Source of the DNA: Tubiluchus corallicola
Taxonomy: Eukaryota; Animalia; Priapulida
Reading direction: 5' to 3'
NCBI GenBank assembly: GCA_030141605.1
Contig: JAQGDQ010000147.1
Span: 248,001 to 312,000, forward strand
Length of the DNA stretch: 64,000 bases
Shown in pieces: positions 10,679 to 24,579 of the stretch. The position numbers and the translations under genes were made by a program. How positions within the stretch are numbered: position 1 is the first letter of the stretch; every line of letters begins with the position of its first letter. Under the pieces are notes generated by a model. It ran no database searches. It was not told where the DNA came from and saw nothing but the letters and a program-made list of their open reading frames with translations.

Positions 10679-13600
10679 TTCAGTAAAACTTTGGAACTAC
10701 GATGACATGCTGTAGTACCAAGAACAAAAATTCATGAAATGCCACAATATTACAGACTCAATTTGTTACCACGGATCTTTTTAGGTAAAATAACAATAAG
10801 TTATTGAATTAATGCCTCCCAATACCACTTGATACAAGAAACATCAGTACCTTAAAATAAACAAAAGTAAAAAGAAGTCATGCACAATATACATGTTTTT
10901 ATACGAGTGGACTCATGGCAACTTCTGCACAGGGAGATGAGAATTATTTAACAGTGTGTTTGGATGTGAACTGTGAAGTTGATGTTGAGCACTGGTAAGT
11001 GAATTGATGACAACATTGGGAAAACTGTTTCTGAGAAATTCAATAATTTTTTCGTACACTGAATTCCGTATACACTGAGTGAAGCTGCACCTCAACTTGC
11101 AGAATGCAGAATTACATAAAATGCAACTGTTTAACAAGGATATTTTTAATGTTTTCAATGATGAGAGCTTTAAGCGAGCACCAAAGAGAGACTAGAGACT
11201 GAAGTAATGGTATCTTGTAATAAGTTATATAATAGTTTTGGCAGCACACCACTCTTTTAAAATAAGCTGTATAACCTGTGAGCCTTTCAAAAGACAGTTA
11301 TACAAGACAGAATGTGCAGGTATCTGTGGCAAGTTATCAACTTTGATTTCGCATGTTTTTGATATCTCGCAGAAAAAGGATTATTCTTAAAAAGGTCACA
11401 ACTGACTGGTGGCTCGTTCTTAGTGGTATTCCTCAGGTTACAATAACAGGTCCGTATTGCTTTATTTTGTATATAAATGGTATTACAATGGCTGTTTCCT
11501 CTGGTGTTAGCCTTTTTATTGACAACATCATGAAGGCTTATGGTACTGTTCAATTGGTTCATGCTTCAACTCAATCTTGAGTCCATTGAGTCATGGTCAG
11601 ACCAATGCTTTCTCCAGTTAAAGCCAGTAAAATGTGCATTGTTTTGCATTCATTACTGTTGTTTCAGTTGAGCATACTCTTCAAGGTGGACCTGACAAAT
11701 TCACGGCTTAGGGGCTATTTGGGTTTTTATGTCAAACACACTTAAGTTTAAAAACCACTTTGCACTTTTGCTGAAAGTTCCCAGTCAAAGAATAGGACTG
11801 ATCAGACGAACTAATATAACGTTAAGCCAAAGTGATTGTTCCACTGTACAAGTTTCTTGTCAGGCCTATCTTAGAATATGTTGTTATGTTTCGTTGCCTT
11901 GGTATTGATATTGTATTGAACAAATGAAACAAGTTCAAAGGAGATACCTGTGGTGGTTGATTATTTTGATTGAAATTCTGTTTCTACATTAGATTAATGT
12001 ATGGCAACCAGCAATTTAGCCACTGCATACAAAATAATTAATAATGAATGGCATACTGATCAGAGGATATTTTTCTCCAGCTCATATAGAGAACTCAGAG
12101 ATCAAATCTTTAAAAGCATGTTTTTATAGAGTTGTTCCTCATTGCTGCTGAATAAGACCCTGCACAGACATGCAATTTTCAGTTGTACAACTAAAAGTTG
12201 CAAAATCTGTAAAATGGCTGAAGTCTATGAGAGCGCGCAGATATATGCCATAAAAATTGCACAACTAAAAGTTGCAATCTGGGCTCAAATGATTGGTCGT
12301 TTTCAATGAAGGCGCACAGACTGTGGCAGACACACAATTTTTAATAGTGCAACCTTTATCCAAACACAATAGTTAAGCGAATAAGAAGTGTACAAAGAAA
12401 GAAAAACACATTAATGAAGATAAATCATTCTTACTATCTTTGCTAGCATCTTTCAAGAAATTCAGTGACAAATTCAGAAACCACAGACCAAGATATATGA
12501 AGTCTTGATTTCAAGTGAAAAGTGCGTGCGACCACATCTCAATACAATCAGCACATTTCTGCTGACCATTGGTGATTTTTTCATGCTATTGCGGTATTTC
12601 GCAATGACAGACGACGCTTACAATTATACTCTTGGTCGGTTACTCAAACTTCCATATTCCTGTGCTCTGTGCATCAACTCTAAGGTTCATGTCCTCCTTA
12701 GGAAATACACGAACTTCTCAAAACTAAGTATTTAACTTTTTTATAAGCCTTACTATGTACTGATATTGCTGAACAACATTAAATTTGTAGTCTTAACTTC
12801 CTTGCGCAGTTTTTAGTATTAGTACTAGTGATATAGTCACTGAATAAGACAGATTCAACAACAGTTGGACATTATTTATGCAAAACTCATCATAACAATA
12901 ATAGGCTCAGACGCTTTTAAGACACATAAATTATGGCGCAACAACTGTTCATGAAGTCTAACCTATAACTTATACATGTACCTACAAACTGCTCTTAAAT
13001 ATTAAGATAACACACGCACACCGCCCAATTGAACATTATGGAGCACGAGCAGGTGCCTTCTATCTTTTGATTTTTTTGGCTTTTGGGAGTTTAATTCATA
13101 TGACTTTGTTTGTAGTACGCACAGGAATCGCTGAACTAGCTTTGGCTGAACTTCACAGAGAAAACCACAAGAGAAAAAGAAAATCACTGCACACATTAAA
13201 AGTGCACAACATAAAATAAACCATAAGAGAAAACGATAAACTATCATAAAGAACAATATGTATGCATACCACGGGTTTTTACTGATATTATTATATTCAT
13301 AATTATTTAAAAGGATTTTTTGCTAGGCGGTTTAAAAAGAGAACGTTTCAAAAATGCAAAAAAAGTTTATTACATTAAAGTTAATGAAGCAATAGACAAT
13401 CCACTCAGCGTGTCCTAATTTAAGTGTGTAGTGATATGTTAGTTTCATAATCAGGTCCCACTCACTTGCAACAGTAGCAAACGGTTTAACTGGTTGCGAA
13501 CAACACGGTCGATCTTCTAGCAGTTATTTCTATAATATAATGTAATGCTTAGTTAGTTTGGTTGCATTATCACTAATAGTTATTATTGGTAATAATAATC

Positions 13601-14559
13601 AATTATACATTTATCAATAATAATTAATAATAATAACAATAATTATAATATATATTTTAGCAGTTTCCTCAATGCCATATATTTCATTTTTAATAATACT
13701 GAACCATTTATTATCATTATACATGTACATGGCATAACTGTGTTAACTTTATCAAACCTGTAGGGAAGTGCTGCCACCTCTTCCAAATCATTGTAAACAA
13801 ATTTTTCTTACTATAATTTGCATTATATTTATTTTATTTACGCTAGCTCGTACCTAGGCAAGTTAGTCTACCTAAGCACTTTTCTGTTAAAGGCGTTATT
13901 TTAGATTGGTCTATCAATACGTTTTAGCTTACTGTTATTATAATAAGTTTTTTCACAATATATACAAGTAACGTTTAACAAATTACAAGTTTGTCCAATT
14001 TGGGGCCGACGTCTTTCGACTTACTCGCCTCGCATAGCCCAAAGAAATCCGCACTATCGAACTCAAAAAATACTTCTGAATACCAGTTAGTCAATGGTAT
14101 GCTGTTGGGCTATCATCTTAGTCTTCAGACAGTTTTTCAAAAATGTACCTCCAGTATGGTTGTGTTCGATGTGGTTGAGGTCTGACGAATTCACGTCACA
14201 TTTAGTTCAATTGAAAAATCAAACGCAGTTTTCAAGTTACAGCTCCCTAAATATTATTATTACTGTATTTGTCTCTGTGATGTTCAGCAGTACTTGATGC
14301 AATAAATTATTTCGTACTCAGTAATGCTCTAGTCCCTATTAAAAAAATCGTTTTTAGTGAACTTCGTAAATTTTTATTTTTGTACTTTTCACCCAAAGCT
14401 AGCTAGCCGATCGACAGCTACTTTACTAGACTGAAATAGTTACTTTCTTTAATTTATTTTTATGTAATCCAGTAGTGCATGTGGCACTGCACGCTAGAAT
14501 TAAGCATTCAAAGACAAGACTTGCTCAACTTGATTGGTTGTGGCAAGACCAGAATCTGA

Positions 14560-14785
14560 TTTATTATGAAGACCATGTCTTTGAGATGATCGAGCTTCTG
14601 AACTATTACAGCCACGATCAGATAGATCTTCCCACCGTGCAGTAAACAACCAGTTTATCGAATGATTGCCTGTGGAATGAGCATCAGTAAAACCTGCTCA
14701 CCCATCTATTTACTGGCCAACCTCACTGCCATTCTGAACTTTGGTCGCGAATCTCAGCATTGTAACCGCTCACCTATGACCTAGC
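14560..14785 (-). mobile_element. Degenerate SINE (tRNA-like box A head plus 5S-rRNA-like segment)
   Basis: Similar to a second copy at 34325-34500 (+). Contains ggccagtaaatagatgggtga, which resembles the 5S internal promoter region. Confidence 0.4.
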
Positions 14786-14903
14786 ATTTTATTGTTTTCA
14801 TTTAAGTATCTCGTCGTTCTAATTCTTAGCTTCCTCTGTTAACTATTTTAATTAAAATTATCTCTTTATTAGGGAAAGTATGGCACACGGGGGCAGTAGC
14901 CAG

Positions 14904-15201
14904 TAGGGGTCAGCATCGAACGTTTGAATTTGATTCGGAAACTATAGATTCGAATAACTCAGCACCTCAATCACGTACGTTCTTTATCATTTAAACGATT
15001 GTAACGTCATGCAATTAGCATAATTTAGCTGTGATTTCTGTGCACAAACAAATTATTCGTGGTTTAAATTTACTGTAGAGCAAAATCGAGTAATATGCAT
15101 AAACTTTGTAAGACAAATTTTTGCGGGTGGTTCGAAAACTTGTTCGAAAATCTTTCAATCTCAATTCGAATTCGCTTTCTGGTAGAGAGTGCTCACCCCT
15201 A
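14904..15201. mobile_element. hAT MITE, TTCGAA-rich family (copy 1)
   Basis: TIR TAGGGGT(C/G)AGCA...TGCTCACCCCTA; 8-bp flanks gtagccag/gttgccag; homologous to 50368-50788. Confidence 0.8.
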
Positions 15202-15479
15202 GTTGCCAGTGGCGTAGCAAGAGCGTGCGGCGCCCAAGGCGGCATTTAATCTTGACGACTCCCGGTCCCCCCTCGAAAATATTTAAATTTGTAACATTTA
15301 GCAGTGTTGCCTCGCAGTTGCGATAAGTTGCTGAGATAAGCTGATAACAATAAAGCACTACTGTAAAAATACAAAACTGGTTCGGGAAGGATAGAATAAG
15401 TTCACCCTACGAAACTCAAAAATTGTGATGCTGAAAGGCTTCCTCAAATGTTAACGCAAAAAGAGCGTCATAACGGTTG

Positions 15480-16540
15480 CTGAAGATCATTCTGGAGTAA
15501 CTACGAAGACGAAAGTTTGTGGCCAGTCATATCCTGCTAACTTGGTGTTTTCTGAAAAACCTTCTATGCTGTTTGCTTCAGCATATTGGTAAGCTAGTCG
15601 TCTAACATCGATCGGTGTCAATCCGAATCCCTGTTTTGTTTTCAGTAGATTCACCAATTCAGTTTCTGCTTTCACAGCGAACAACGTACTGTGTCCGATC
15701 TTAGGTTTTAGGCTGTTTCCAGGTATGCTTAGTCTATCCATTAGGGTTGAAAGAGGCACCTGATAAGCAAAGGTTAAGCGCTCTAACAGACAACCTCTCA
15801 GGATCGCTCTTCTGATATGAAAACTCCTCTATTGCCAATAGCATTCGGTTTTCATACCATTGATGTAATGCACGGCGCTTGTTCTTTAACACTTTCTTAA
15901 TTTTAACTTGATTTTTCATATCGAAGCACTTTGACGTGGGTTTGCGACCCATATCCTAAAAATGGAATTGTAACATACTTCAATAGCTAAACACGAAAAA
16001 TAGTGGCGATATATGCTGAAGAGTTTACCCAGAAACATTTCCCAGAACGATGGAATTATAAGAAACATTTCTCAAAGGCCGACATTACCCCAATCTGATC
16101 TGGCAATGTCAGATGCAAATTAATTGGCCGACATTACCTGGACGAGTTGAGTAATGTCGGCGAGTACTGAAACACACCACTATAAAGGCACACTGTATGA
16201 AATATTGCAGTATGTGTATTAAAATTCATTAAAAAGCATCCAATTCATTGTTTGAAATAGGCTTTAATATCCTCAGTATAGGTTATTATTTATTATAACA
16301 GTTACCAAAAATATTGTAAAACACTAAGGCAATTATGAAATGTTGTAGTAAATCACCTAACTCTTCTCGAAATTTATTGCGGATGCATGTCATGGACAAC
16401 TAGAACAAGGGAAACACGTCTAGCTGAACAATGCTGGTTCTGCTGATTGGCTCTGCACGCTATAAAAACCTAAACTAGCTCACGTGGCATGTTTAGTGTG
16501 CATAGACACTAGCTGGCCGACATTAGCCCAACATACCCAT
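15480..16540 (-). mobile_element. pogo/Fot1-like (Tc1/mariner superfamily) transposon 5' remnant encoding frameshifted HTH_psq and CENP-B HTH domains
   Basis: ORFs 15734-15952 and 15487-15759 give WYENRMLLAIEE...SVRAL..YQVPLSTLMDRL...AETELVNLL..QGFGLTPIDVRRLAYQYAE...AGYDW. Repeated ggccgacatta motifs at ~16077, ~16125 and ~16516, the last being a probable TIR. Confidence 0.75.
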
Positions 16541-17224
16541 AATTTTGTAGAAACTGACAGAAGCATTTTGCATAATGTCCAAACTGTGTGAACCGAAAAG
16601 ATATAAAGAAAAGAAGGCAAGCTTCAAGGGTGTTTCGAACTTGCAAGTTTTAGATGCAAAATCTTGCACTCTAACTATCACGACACGTGTATTTCAATAA
16701 ATCACGGTCGTTTTATAACGGCTATAATAGTGAGGTAAAGTGTGTGACGTCATTTGCTTTGTCCGGCAATCACGTGAATTTCCGCTGTTTAGCCAGGAAT
16801 TTATCGATCGATTCTTGAGCTTATCTAGGTGTTTTCGGAAAAACTTACATTTCTTGTAACCCAGCTCTTTTTCTTTCTACAGAGTTATAAAACTCTTTTA
16901 AACATTCCCATAACATGCCCGTCGGATGCTTTTTCTCGACGATGTTTCGCGAAAATTTAACAAATTGAAATCGGACTTCTTACAATATTGATATTGAGGT
17001 CCACTGTATGCCAAAATCAACGAAACTTATACCATTCGATTGGTCTCATTGATATCTTTCATTTGGTGTACTACAACCTGTTGCTGCTGGACACAGAAAA
17101 GCATTTGTCTACATGACCCTCAATTTTGGTTTTTGCCCTCTAGCGGGTCAAGAGTCACCCAATCTCGGCATAACTCATAGTTGTGTACACTCTGGTCCGT
17201 TTTTCGTTTGCCTGTTGGATCTGA

Positions 17225-18600
17225 ACTGACCCTACTGTAACAGGAACTATGTCGCTGTCTATCAACTCTTGCAATGTAGAGAATGGATAGATTTGCTTCC
17301 TTACGAATAATGTACTAACCAGCGTGCCTGTATATATGGCTGTAATGATGCAACCAAAAATCCACCACCATCCGATAAATATCCTAGCGGATAAAAGTTG
17401 TGGTAAATATGTTCCACCTTGTTGGAGGTACGATGATACAGTGGCCGCAGCTTATTGTGGACACCTCGGGCCAGCAGTGTATGTCCATATTAAGCGGCTG
17501 TCCATATTAAGCGAAGTGACCCATGAAGACCCTTCCCCTTCATTAAAAAAGGCAAAAAACTGTCTGTATCAACTCGTCTCCTGTTTTATTGAAAAAAAGA
17601 AGTCAGACGAGTTTGTTTGGCAGGAAACTTTTCTCTCAACCTTGAACGGAAGGAAGTTATCACAGTTTCGAAGCTCTCAAGGCCACGGCAAACGGCGAAC
17701 TGACTGATGCAATGACTCACACAGGCAGCAGAGCGGGAAGCTCTTTTCAATCACGCGCGCAGGCCGTGGTTGGCACGGCTGGTTCACGTTATATGACCTT
17801 ACGTTATAGGTTCGCTGTCCATATTAAGCGGCGGTTGTCCATATTAACCGGCGGATTTTATTAGGGGAAAATTCCGTCCCTCGCGAGTTGTCCACAATAA
17901 CCGGCTGTCCACAATAACCGTGTCCATAATAAGCGGCGGCCACTGTAGTGTGAACCGAGTAAAGTATGCCTTACTTTCATTCTTTGTAATCGGTTTTTCC
18001 AGCTTTCTTAGGCAATTGCTACATTTTGTAATCTCTTCCTCCTTGTACAGCAGGTTTTTGCTGCAGCAATATAGTAAAGTATTGTACCCACTACTATGCC
18101 GTATAATACCAGAAGCAGCCATACGGGTGTGGAGAATGGGTCTATTATGCTAAAACCTTGTAACTGATGTCTTTTTGTGATGAATACATGAGAATGATAA
18201 GCAAGTGGGTGAAGAAATGTCATACTTTTTGTTCTTTCTGGTAACATTGTGACTAATCTCAGTAACAAGTCGAATTCTCCTGTATCGATTGCATTTTTTG
18301 GAGTTTCTAAATATTTTATGTATGTCACCTTGTATGTGAAGTTTGCTGCTTGGCTGAGCATCGTAAGCAGCTGATCTAGGTATGGCTTGAAAGAATCTTC
18401 TCTCCACATTCCCACTCGAAGCAACTGCCCATGGAGTAAATGAGCCTTTTACCAAAAAACGCATCTGAATTGTACTGGCTATACAAGCTGTTGGAATTTT
18501 CAGTCCTTGCTTTAGTTTTACACAACGTTCCTTCAATACGTAAACATTCAAGGAAATAAAAAACGATGGCACAAGTTTTGAGAAACGATGCAAGTGACAT
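17225..18600 (-). pseudogene. Intronless ionotropic receptor / iGluR-like ligand-gated channel pseudogene
   Basis: Shows a signal-peptide-like N-terminus, S1 (DTGEFDLLLRLVTMLPERTKSMTFLHP), pre-M1/M1 (IIDPFSTPVWLLLVLYGIVVG), pore (FTLSSYLQQG) and M3 (ARIFIGWWWIFGCIITAIYTGTLVSTL), then YPFSTLQELID. It carries frameshifts, an in-frame TAA at 18008 and a MITE insertion, and is truncated in S2. Confidence 0.85.
17439..17945. mobile_element. Tc1/mariner (pogo/Tigger-like) MITE
   Basis: TIRs CAGTGGCCGCAGCTTATTGTGGACAC / GTGTCCATAATAAGCGGCGGCCACTG, TA target duplication, and subterminal gtccatattaagcg repeats. Confidence 0.9.
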
Positions 18601-19479
18601 TTTTGCTTTGAAAAATTGAATCATAAACTTTAGCTGATTCACATTGTACAGTCACAATAATTATGCCGGGAGGATGAAAATGTTTTCCGTTGAGCACTTT
18701 TATACTAAAATGCCAATGTGTTGTAGTTGATTACTTTGTACATATGTTTGCATTAATCATAATAATGTGTACGCTAATTCACCTGGTGTCATCCTACATG
18801 TTTGTTTGGTCTTTCACACATTTCTGGTGCTTAATTAGTCTTCTTCTGTTGCCAGCTGTGTTAATATTACCACCTAGCTAATGTTACCTCAACACCTAGC
18901 CTAATAACATATTGCATAGCAGAATTCTGCAAAATATACACCTTCGAAAACGTTATTGTCTACCCAATTGTTTGCTAGGTATAAAAAGATTTGGCTTTTG
19001 TATTCGGCACTGGTGCTAGCGGATGCGGAAACCGCACAGGCGCAAATGTACTACGCTTAAACCCTAACGGCGAGGTGCAAGCTGCAAATTAAAAACAAAA
19101 CGTATCAGTTTCGGAAAGCATTATCTGCATGACCCTCAATTTTGATTTTTGCCTTCTAGTGGGTCAAGAGTCAACAAATCTGGGCGTAACTCATACCATT
19201 CCATTCTGCTCATCAAGACCTTTCATTTGACGTACTACAAGGAACTGTTACTTGACACTGGAAGGTGTCCCAACCCGTGATTTCGGTTTTTGTCCCCTTG
19301 CGGGGTCGGTGGTCAACCAACATCAGTGAAACTTATACCATTCGATTCGCCTCGTCGAGGCCTTTTATTTGGTCTATTACACGATACTATTACTCGAAAC
19401 TGGAAGCATTGGTGTCCCCGAGCCTTCGATTTTGGTTTTTGCCCTACCGAAAAACCCTAGCCCGAAAACTGTTGCAGGA

Positions 19480-20480
19480 GATTATTGCAAAAATTAGAGT
19501 ATTGTGGGATCCGGGGAACTGCACTAAATATACTAACCTCGTATCTGACTAATAGGCTACACTACACAACTATCTATAATATGAGCTCAAAGTTAGAAAC
19601 TAAGCTGTGTGGTATTCCTCAAGGATCAACCCTTGGCCCATTTTTATTTTTACTTTACAAAATTCAACACTAGGTTATTCACCGACGACACCAATTTATA
19701 CTTAAGTGACGATAACATCCAAAATTTACAAATCGACACTAATAATGAATTAATGAATGTAGACCAACGGATGCAAACAAATGCATTATCAGCAAATTAG
19801 AGAAAAAACTAAATTCATGTTGTTCAGCCCTACAAAACACAAGCCAAAACTTCAAAACTCCATAGGAAATAATAGCATAGATGAAATGGATTATATAAAA
19901 TATTTAGGCTTAAATATTGATGCAAACCTGACATGGAAAACACATATAGGTGTAATAAATAGCAAAATAAGTAAATACATTGGATATTTGATAAATTACG
20001 ACACTATCTAGAAACAAAATTGCTAAAAACAGTATACTGTGCACTGATTTACCCATAGCTCCAGTATTGTATTATATCCTGGAGTACGGCTAAACAAGCA
20101 ACTTTGAAACCATTAGCAGTCACAGTAAGCAAAATAAGCAAAGCAATAACCTTTACAAAATACAGAGACCATGTAACACCATCATATCATGTACTACGCA
20201 TGCTAAAACGGCAGGATATATACAAATTAGAACTGTTAAAGTTTATGCATAAAACTAACTACAATATACTATCAGACCTCTTTCACAGTTACTTCAGTAA
20301 AATCAGCGACCACCATGACTACAAACAACACTACAGCTGTATCAAGAGGAAATTTTTATCAAAAACAATTCAGAACGACACACTGTCTCAAAGCAATACA
20401 ACAAACAGTAACTAAATTGTGGAATACCCTCTCATCTGAAAGTACGAAGTCATCTTCTCTGAGCATTGCTTCAAAAAGTA
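19480..20480 (+). mobile_element. Decayed non-LTR retrotransposon (CR1/L2-group) reverse transcriptase
   Basis: Frameshifted motifs KLEYCGIRG, GIPQGSTLGPFLFLLY, LFTDDTNL, YLGLNIDANLTWKTHI and LKRQDIYKLELLKFM. Confidence 0.85.
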
Positions 20481-20844
20481 ATTTGGATACCTGATAATTA
20501 ATTACGCAAATGCCCATCAATAAAGATGGTATTACCACTTATGATCCATTATGCATAGTATTGAGAATAATACGATTCATGCCGGCTCCTTGCAGAAGTA
20601 TACGTACTTGGTGAACTAACAAGCATAATATTAACTGGTCAAATCTAAGACAGACTACCGAACTAGGTTGGTACATAAAATTTGCAATATGACTTTTTAT
20701 TTTTTATTTGTAATAATGATGTTATTTTTAGCAGGGCTTGAAAATTACAACAAAGTTAAACAGCAGTGCATTGGAGCAAGATATCTGATAATTTTGGTGC
20801 CCAAGGTACTATGATGTTCCATCTCCATAGACACATATTTGACT

Positions 20845-21230
20845 ATTTTGATGCATGGTTTATTTTGGTATCTTAGTTCACATTTTTGTAATTATAATTT
20901 CATTTTTTGTTTGGTTATTGCATGTGATTTTATTTTAGATGTAATAAATTTTTTCCTAATGTTTTTCACTGTTATTAATTTTTGACACAAAATGCATTTT
21001 GATACATGGTTATTATTAATATTAGTTTATATTTCGTTATTTCCATGAACTGTTTGATTATAATTTGCATGTGATTTTATAACGCAAGTAATTAATTTTT
21101 TTTCTAGTGTATTACCTACGTTACTGCAACTTTTATTGATTATTGACACAACATGTTTTTTGCTAATTTGATGCATGGTCATTATCACTATTATAATTAT
21201 TTTGACACTTTGATGCGCTGTTTTTCTCAA
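20845..21230. repeat. Degenerate AT-rich minisatellite
   Basis: Alternating tgatgcatggtt and ttgcatgtgattttat motifs with a period of roughly 150-170 bp. Confidence 0.5.
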
Positions 21231-21507
21231 ATTAATTAAGTCTCGCCCAAAGCTGCAACTAGTGTCACATAATGAACTGTAGTAATTGATGCAGCATGAA
21301 CAGGTGTGGCTGCTAGGTGACCTCTTGGTTTTCCGCCACCCTGTCTCAATTATCATAGCAGTATTATTCTCGTATAAATATTGTATATTGTTATATCGTG
21401 TAAAGGAAGCGAACAAATTGAATTGTTAGAATCAGGTTATTCTACTTTTAAGGCATGGGTAACAACGCTTCAAATGAAATTTTGGAAAAAATATCAGCTC
21501 AGTCAAA

Positions 21508-22460
21508 CAGGGGCGGAACTAGATGTGGCAAGCAGGGGGGAGCGCAAAAATTTTCTTTGGGGGGGGGGGGGTTGCGAGGTATCCGAAGTGGTTAAATAAT
21601 GGTTAAGCCAATTTTTAACCCCTTTTATACTGCACGCAGGCCTATGATTAGCATGTGTGTAGGACGGCATAGCGGACAGAGCAATAATGAGGAAATTAAC
21701 TCTCAGTTAACCTAATGTTATTAATGTGCCTCTAACTAAATTGTTATTTACAGAAATAAGACGGCCCACATTGACATGCTGTCCTTATTCCCAGACATGA
21801 TGTAACATGTAATCACGTGAAAATTCCTGTTTGTCAACAAGATGAAACAACAGTGCAATAAATGAGCAAATAAGCAGCTAAAATCGCAGCGAAAACTAGC
21901 AGAGATTCTCCTAGCAGGAGAAAAATGTTGAAATGTGCTCAAAAATCACGCCCTTTTATGCAGCAAACTCGTGGAAAAGAGTCTCTAAGGAGTAGCAAAA
22001 AGTCGGTAATGTCCAATCAGGAGGTGGCTCATCAATTTGTATCTCCCAAAGGGACTCTCTGGTACTAGGCTAGCTCCACAAACTGACTCTCTGGTACTAG
22101 GCTAGCTCAACATGACTTCAATGTTTGCATTGTTTTTGCTCTATTATTTCACTGCTGAACGAAGCTCGAGTGCTCACTGAGCCGTTTTGTTAACTAACCG
22201 TCTTTTGTGCAAAGACGCTAATGCTACTCAACTTAGCTGCTTTGTTAACTGTTCCTGCCTGCCTCCTGAATAGATTACATGCAATCAAATTAACTTCATC
22301 CTGACTTTCAGGTAAACACATCTGGTCAGGCATGTATTAACAGTCAGAATAATTTAACTCGGTGACAAACTTTAATGATAAAAAATATTATTGGGCTACT
22401 GCAAAAAAATTGTTTGTCCGATTTGGCAGGGGGGGGCGCCCCCTCCTAGTTCCGCCCCTG
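21508..22460. mobile_element. hAT non-autonomous element
   Basis: TIR CAGGGGCGGAACTAG...CTAGTTCCGCCCCTG with a perfect 8-bp TSD cagtcaaa (21500-21507 / 22461-22468). It is inserted in a LINE-like remnant (LLESGYSTFKAWVTTLQMKFW). Confidence 0.9.
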
Positions 22461-23933
22461 CAGTCAAACCAGTACATTCCATTGATGTTATGTTTCCGCA
22501 TCGCAATAAATGTTAATTCAAACCTAGCAAAGTGTCTTGCCAATTTACCAGCCGGCAGTCACATAGATTATTTACAGACTTGTTATCTATAGTATAGTAT
22601 TTTTTAAGACAGTGATATATAGACATAGAATTGGTGTACTGAACTATATTGCATTTATTTTATCTTTGTTGGTCTCGATATGTGATTTTCATAATGTATT
22701 TTTGGACTATAGCTTTTCTTCTGGTTACCCAATATTATAGTGTATTTGTCTCGAATTATAGTCAGTAAACTAACTAAATAACTGTAATATTGAGTTGCTT
22801 GTGAGAGCAAGAATTAGTTTGTTGGAAATTAATGAGAATCCATCATTTAGAAAGAAGACAGTTGAACGTGATTCATTTTGTAAGTGTGCCTTGGACTTGG
22901 AGAATTTATTATTCTATCATCCTTATTATGTGAATGAAAGAAATATGATTATTTGGGAAGGAGTTTCGATTCAGATGAAGATCGTGTGAGTTGCTTATTA
23001 TTCTAAAGTATTAATCGTGGAAAAAACTTAGCGATATAATGAAGAAACGCCGTGAGATAGGAATTGGCAAATTTTGTTTAAGTTTATATTTTTTGCAGCC
23101 GAGAAGCAGTTTGACTGCTCACCTTGATACAAAAAGGTCCAGGTACTGAACTGAACTGAACTTCAGCCTCAAGTGGTTCTGCCTGGAAGTTACGGCATTT
23201 ATGATTGGATACCGCGTTTCTCACGCGATCAGCATGGCAGCTTACTGTTAATCTGTGGTGATCAGCTGACTGCTTGAATTAATGGTCATCGCCGGCTGTT
23301 GTTATACGTATATCTGGACCATTTGCTGTCATTATAATTGATTTTAGTGAGACGCGTACTTTACTATCTGTGTGGTCAATGTGCCTAACACTGTAAATAA
23401 GTAGGCACAGTGTAGACGCGGTACACTGTACGTAGTATAATTAATACCAATTACTATTAAGTTGGTATACCATTTTGCATATTCATTAGTGCTCATAGAC
23501 ATAGACATTTTTTATTTATCTCCTCATTTACACCTGTATACAAATTGACTAATTATTATTTTTTACTTATTGATTAAAAAGGATAAATTAAGCATAAAGG
23601 AAAGAGTTAAAGGGGGTGCAGGAGAAAGGGTAGCGAAAGACCAATTGGTCATCGAGTCAGCTACCCTTCTCAGGTTAGTGAAAATTGTAAAAAATTTGTG
23701 GTGCTGCTATTACCATGAATTTATGGGGGGATATATTGAACATGAAAGCAAAACAACTAAGCAAGCTATGCGATAAAGAACTAAAATGAAAAATATGAAA
23801 TGATGAATAACAAAATATGCAAAGCATTTAACTAACCGATTAAAACAAAAAACTAGAAAAAAGTCAAACCAAAAAAAAACAAAAAAACAAAAAAAACATA
23901 AATAGTAAATCAGTGAAAGAAACAAAATATGTA

Positions 23934-24579
23934 CCGTATATACTCGCATATAAGCCTAAATCGCATATAAGCCGACCCCCTAAAACTGCTTTAAAATGGC
24001 CAGTTTTTGCAAAAACCCGTATATAAGCCGACCATCAACTTGTCTAATTTTACTCCATACCCAATCAACAAAATTGATCCCTTTTTGTCACATTTTGTTA
24101 ATTGGGTATTTTTGGTTCATAGAAATTTTTTACTATAAAGATGTAAAATGCTTACTTTTATGTTACATACTAGAAGAAACAGAAGAAATTATACATTTTG
24201 ATATGAATAAAGAAGAAAATATTTTGTTTTCTATTTATTCACAAAAAATTATAACATTTCTGTTATAACATTGTCATCATCCCACAGTACATTTTTAATA
24301 TTTTTTATCTAATGAATACAAAAAGCAGACATTTATTGAAATGTGAATTTTTTCTAAAAAAAGTGGGTGGACGGCGATCCCCCACGATCCCCCTCCAATA
24401 CACCACTGGTGACACACAACCAAATAAAGAGTCAGATAGCGATGAAAATGTGTGGCTGGAAAATTGGCATTAGTGTCTGTCCTTGTGTTCATTTTGTTTC
24501 ATGCGCATATAAGCCGACCCCCTGATTTCAGTATTGTATTTTATAGTTCTAAATTCGGCTTATACGCGAGTATATACGG
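23934..24579. mobile_element. Tc1/mariner-type MITE nested in the LINE 3' UTR
   Basis: TIRs CCGTATATACTCGCATATAAGCC / GGCTTATACGCGAGTATATACGG with TA TSD. Confidence 0.9.
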
